Translations under genes and position numbers: made by a program
Notes under the pieces: generated by a model
What the model was told of the DNA's origin: nothing
Seen by the model: only the letters and a program-made list of their open reading frames with translations
The model's database searches: none
Source: the human T2T-CHM13v2.0 reference genome, Homo sapiens
Strand: one strand, 5' to 3'
NCBI RefSeq assembly: GCF_009914755.1
Contig: NC_060927.1
Length of the DNA stretch: 64,000 bases
Shown: positions 61,092 to 64,000 of the stretch, one piece after another
Position numbering within the stretch: the stretch's first letter is position 1
Layout: the number at the start of each line of letters is the position of its first letter

Positions 61092-63893
61092 GCGGGAGGT
61101 TCAGCTTTTGCTGTGTCTCACAGCACATGATTTTCAGGTCATACATTGTTACCTTTTGCTTTTTCCCCTTTTGAGAAGGCATGGGTTGATAACTCTTTGC
61201 TTCAGCTTTTTTCTGTCAGCTTTCATAACTGTTTTCTGTGGTTCTAACTCTGCTGTTATATCCTGACACTAAAATGTTCATCTTGAAGGCCTTAATTCTT
61301 TACTTGTGGCTTTTCATGATGTGTCTGAGTTGTTGCAGTTACTGTGTAACATTGTTCCTTTGTCTAATTGAATTCAAGTGCTCTTTTCATCTGGCTCAAC
61401 TTCCAGGTTATCTAAATGAGCTTCCCCCAAGAAGGAACAATCGTACTGCAGAAAGTTTTTCTTTGCCTTTTTGATAACTGGCCTAAGAAACAGGTTTTAT
61501 GTTTTATCAAGAAAATGTCCTGTGTTGCCTTTATTAGGTTTTTGATTACTTAAAATAAAACCCATATGCATAATACACAAAAGAAACAACAGATTTTTAA
61601 AGGTTAAGGCTTTTTTGTTTGTTTTTATCCATGTAGCTCTGTATTCCTTCTAAAGCCTTGTGATTATCACTCTGGTTACATAAATGACTATTATTTCACA
61701 AATGACCTGTGATCCTGTTTTGATCAAATGTCTTGAGACTTTCAACATCTTTGGCAAACTTCCCCCAAATCAAATCGTTTTAGTCTTTTTAACCTAAACT
61801 AACTGAGATTTTTGAGGTGAACCCCTGGGAAGCCTCAAAAGATTTCTCTCATCTTGAGAGATATTAAATTATTAGGCTTATTTGATAAGTTGTGTAAAAG
61901 ACATTGACAAATGATAAGTGATACTAGATCTTTTAGTTGCATTTGTGGGTATTTGTTGATATGTTTCACAAATTGTGTAAGTTACAGAAATCTGTTATTA
62001 TAATTTTGGTTGTTATCTTAATGCCATGTTTAATAGAGATAACTAAATTTTGTTGTCAGTTGCAAACTTTCACCAGCTTTTTAAACTATGGCTAGTCTAA
62101 GTTTTTGTCATCCGGTTAGGGTTTTGAATTCTTCCCTAAAAACATAATCATGAAAATGATTCTATCCAACAAGTGCCCTAAAGTCAAGTTTCTGATAACT
62201 TTAAGATCAATGGAATTGATAAAAATTTCCAAAACTCTAATTTAAAAAACTGTTGGATTCACGAAACTACTAATCGAGATCAAGCAGAATAAAAATGAAT
62301 TATACAAGATTGAATAACTGATGAAGATAATGTTTTAATGACTTTTATTTAAAATATTGTTGGTTCTTTATGCAAATGTTTTGTTTTCCAGACTTAAGAA
62401 AATCTCTCTCAAGCTATCTATAATTTACAACAGTTTGATATAGTATGCTTTTGTAAATATAGATAGAACATTTATTTTTTCTATTTGATTCCTCCACAAT
62501 TTGAAAACTTTTTGAGCATTCTTTTAGCAATATAGTTATTTACATAAGTCTAATAGAAATCTGCTCTCTCTTTATAGCAGAATACAATTGAAAACATTGG
62601 TTATATTACCAAGGCTTTGACTGAAATGTCATATTTGACAATATGCATAAAATGCCTGACTTCAAAGGTTCCTAGCCTTACAGTGAGTAAATTAAAAACT
62701 GCCACTTCTTGGCAGACCCAGGAACCTTAAGACTGTAAGTAAAATATAAAGTCTGCCTTGGTTTGGTTTCCTAGCCTCAAGAGGTTTTAAAATCTGAAAT
62801 TTTTATGTGATCAGTGTAGAAAAAAAGTTATATTTCTAATAAAAAGCTGTAATACACCTGTTGTTAGATTGTAGCTCTGTTGGTTGTTTTTGAGTTCTTG
62901 TTATCTACCTATAGTCTAGATCCTAAATTCTTCCAGATTTCTCCAATCCAGCTGTCTTCCATAAAATTGCTAAAAATGGGAACTGTACTGTTTCTAAAGC
63001 CCTATCAACGGAAACTAGATAAATTTTAAGAAACAAGTCTTGTGCCTGATGCATGGGCCACATAAAAAGTTCACCAAAATATCTTATGCTTTAATCAGAG
63101 ACATTCAAACTGCAAACCAGGGCAAGAAGTGACATTTTTTTAATGCTGTAGACAGCCTTTCCCAAGACAATGAGGCAAGACTCCATATGATGACACTCCT
63201 ACCCCTCTTGATGCCTATCTTTTTGGCTTGACAAAATAATGCTGTAATTAAATTTCACAATCAGTAACTGCTATAAGTAACTTGACAAAACCTGACCTAA
63301 GAAATCCTTTTATTCCACTAGTAACTTTAGCAATATCTGTAACACAACTTTTTGTTCAAAATGTACTGGTGGTCCTTTCTGTAGAGTTGGCATTCTTTGC
63401 TTTAATTCAACCCAGTTCTAAAATACTACTCAATGGCTACAATTAGTCTCATCCAGTACCCACAATGGTCTTTTGATTTGTTTAGTTGCCATCAGGCTTG
63501 TGTTCTGTTTCAAAACGATTGTACACACTAAATTTATTATATTAATTATTTTTTGTGTTATGATTTTTAAGCCTTGTTTTTATTGCTTGTCTAATCTTTG
63601 TAAAGCCAACTCTCTTAACACTTTGACATGGCTGCTAATACCTATGGAATTAACAAGATGGAACTCAGTGCTGGACTTCAGGCAAACCTGCCCTGAGAAA
63701 ATTTTCCTTTCTGTCCTCTTTGTTACTCAAATGTGGCCCAGCTCCCTGACATAGACCCTCTATATCTTCCCCACAATGTGGGATAGAGACAACCAGGACA
63801 GGTTTGTCCAGGCCTTGAGGGACAATTAAGCCTACCTTCAAGATGATTGATTAGCTTTGCTGTCAGAGAAAGATCTTGATCAAAGGGGGGAAA

Positions 63894-64000
63894 TGTGAGC
63901 ATTGATTATACAAAATTGGATCATTCTTGTTATACCCAATTAAATCAGAGTTGAGGGACAGAGGGGAAAAACACTTGGGGCGCGTGGTAGCTGTTCTAAT
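63894..64000 (+). mobile_element. Start of 3' LTR (MER34-like), cut by window end
   Basis: TG directly after the PPT, followed by ATTGGATCATTCTTGTTATACCCAA, similar to the MER34-family LTR 5' end as recalled. Confidence 0.65.

Overview
Primate (most likely human) genomic DNA containing the promoter and the 5' two-thirds of ECT2, the RhoA GEF required for cytokinesis, on the + strand. I rebuilt 17 coding exons by hand (18287-50329, 1907 nt). They give residues 1-636 of the long isoform: BRCT0/1/2, the NLS/phosphosite hinge and most of the DH domain. The remaining exons lie beyond the window. A CpG-island promoter with CCAAT/E2F/CHR motifs and a non-coding exon 1 lie near 14.3-14.6 kb, and an antisense Alu at 15906-16228 has the signals of a 5'UTR exon. 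The rest is mostly repeats: about 45 Alus, old L1s, MaLR LTRs, a near full-length Tigger1 holding a PRDX1 retrocopy fragment and an unidentified retrocopy, and an ERV1 internal region holding a tailless U4 snRNA pseudogene. I found no new multi-gene system. The best leads are splicing oddities (GC-AG intron, NAGNAG, GAG and purine-rich acceptors, a decoy acceptor giving an immediate stop, a cassette exon that resembles its neighbour), two uORFs, and an unexplained perfect 30-bp direct repeat flanking three DH exons. Repeat family names and boundaries come from recalled consensus sequences and are approximate.
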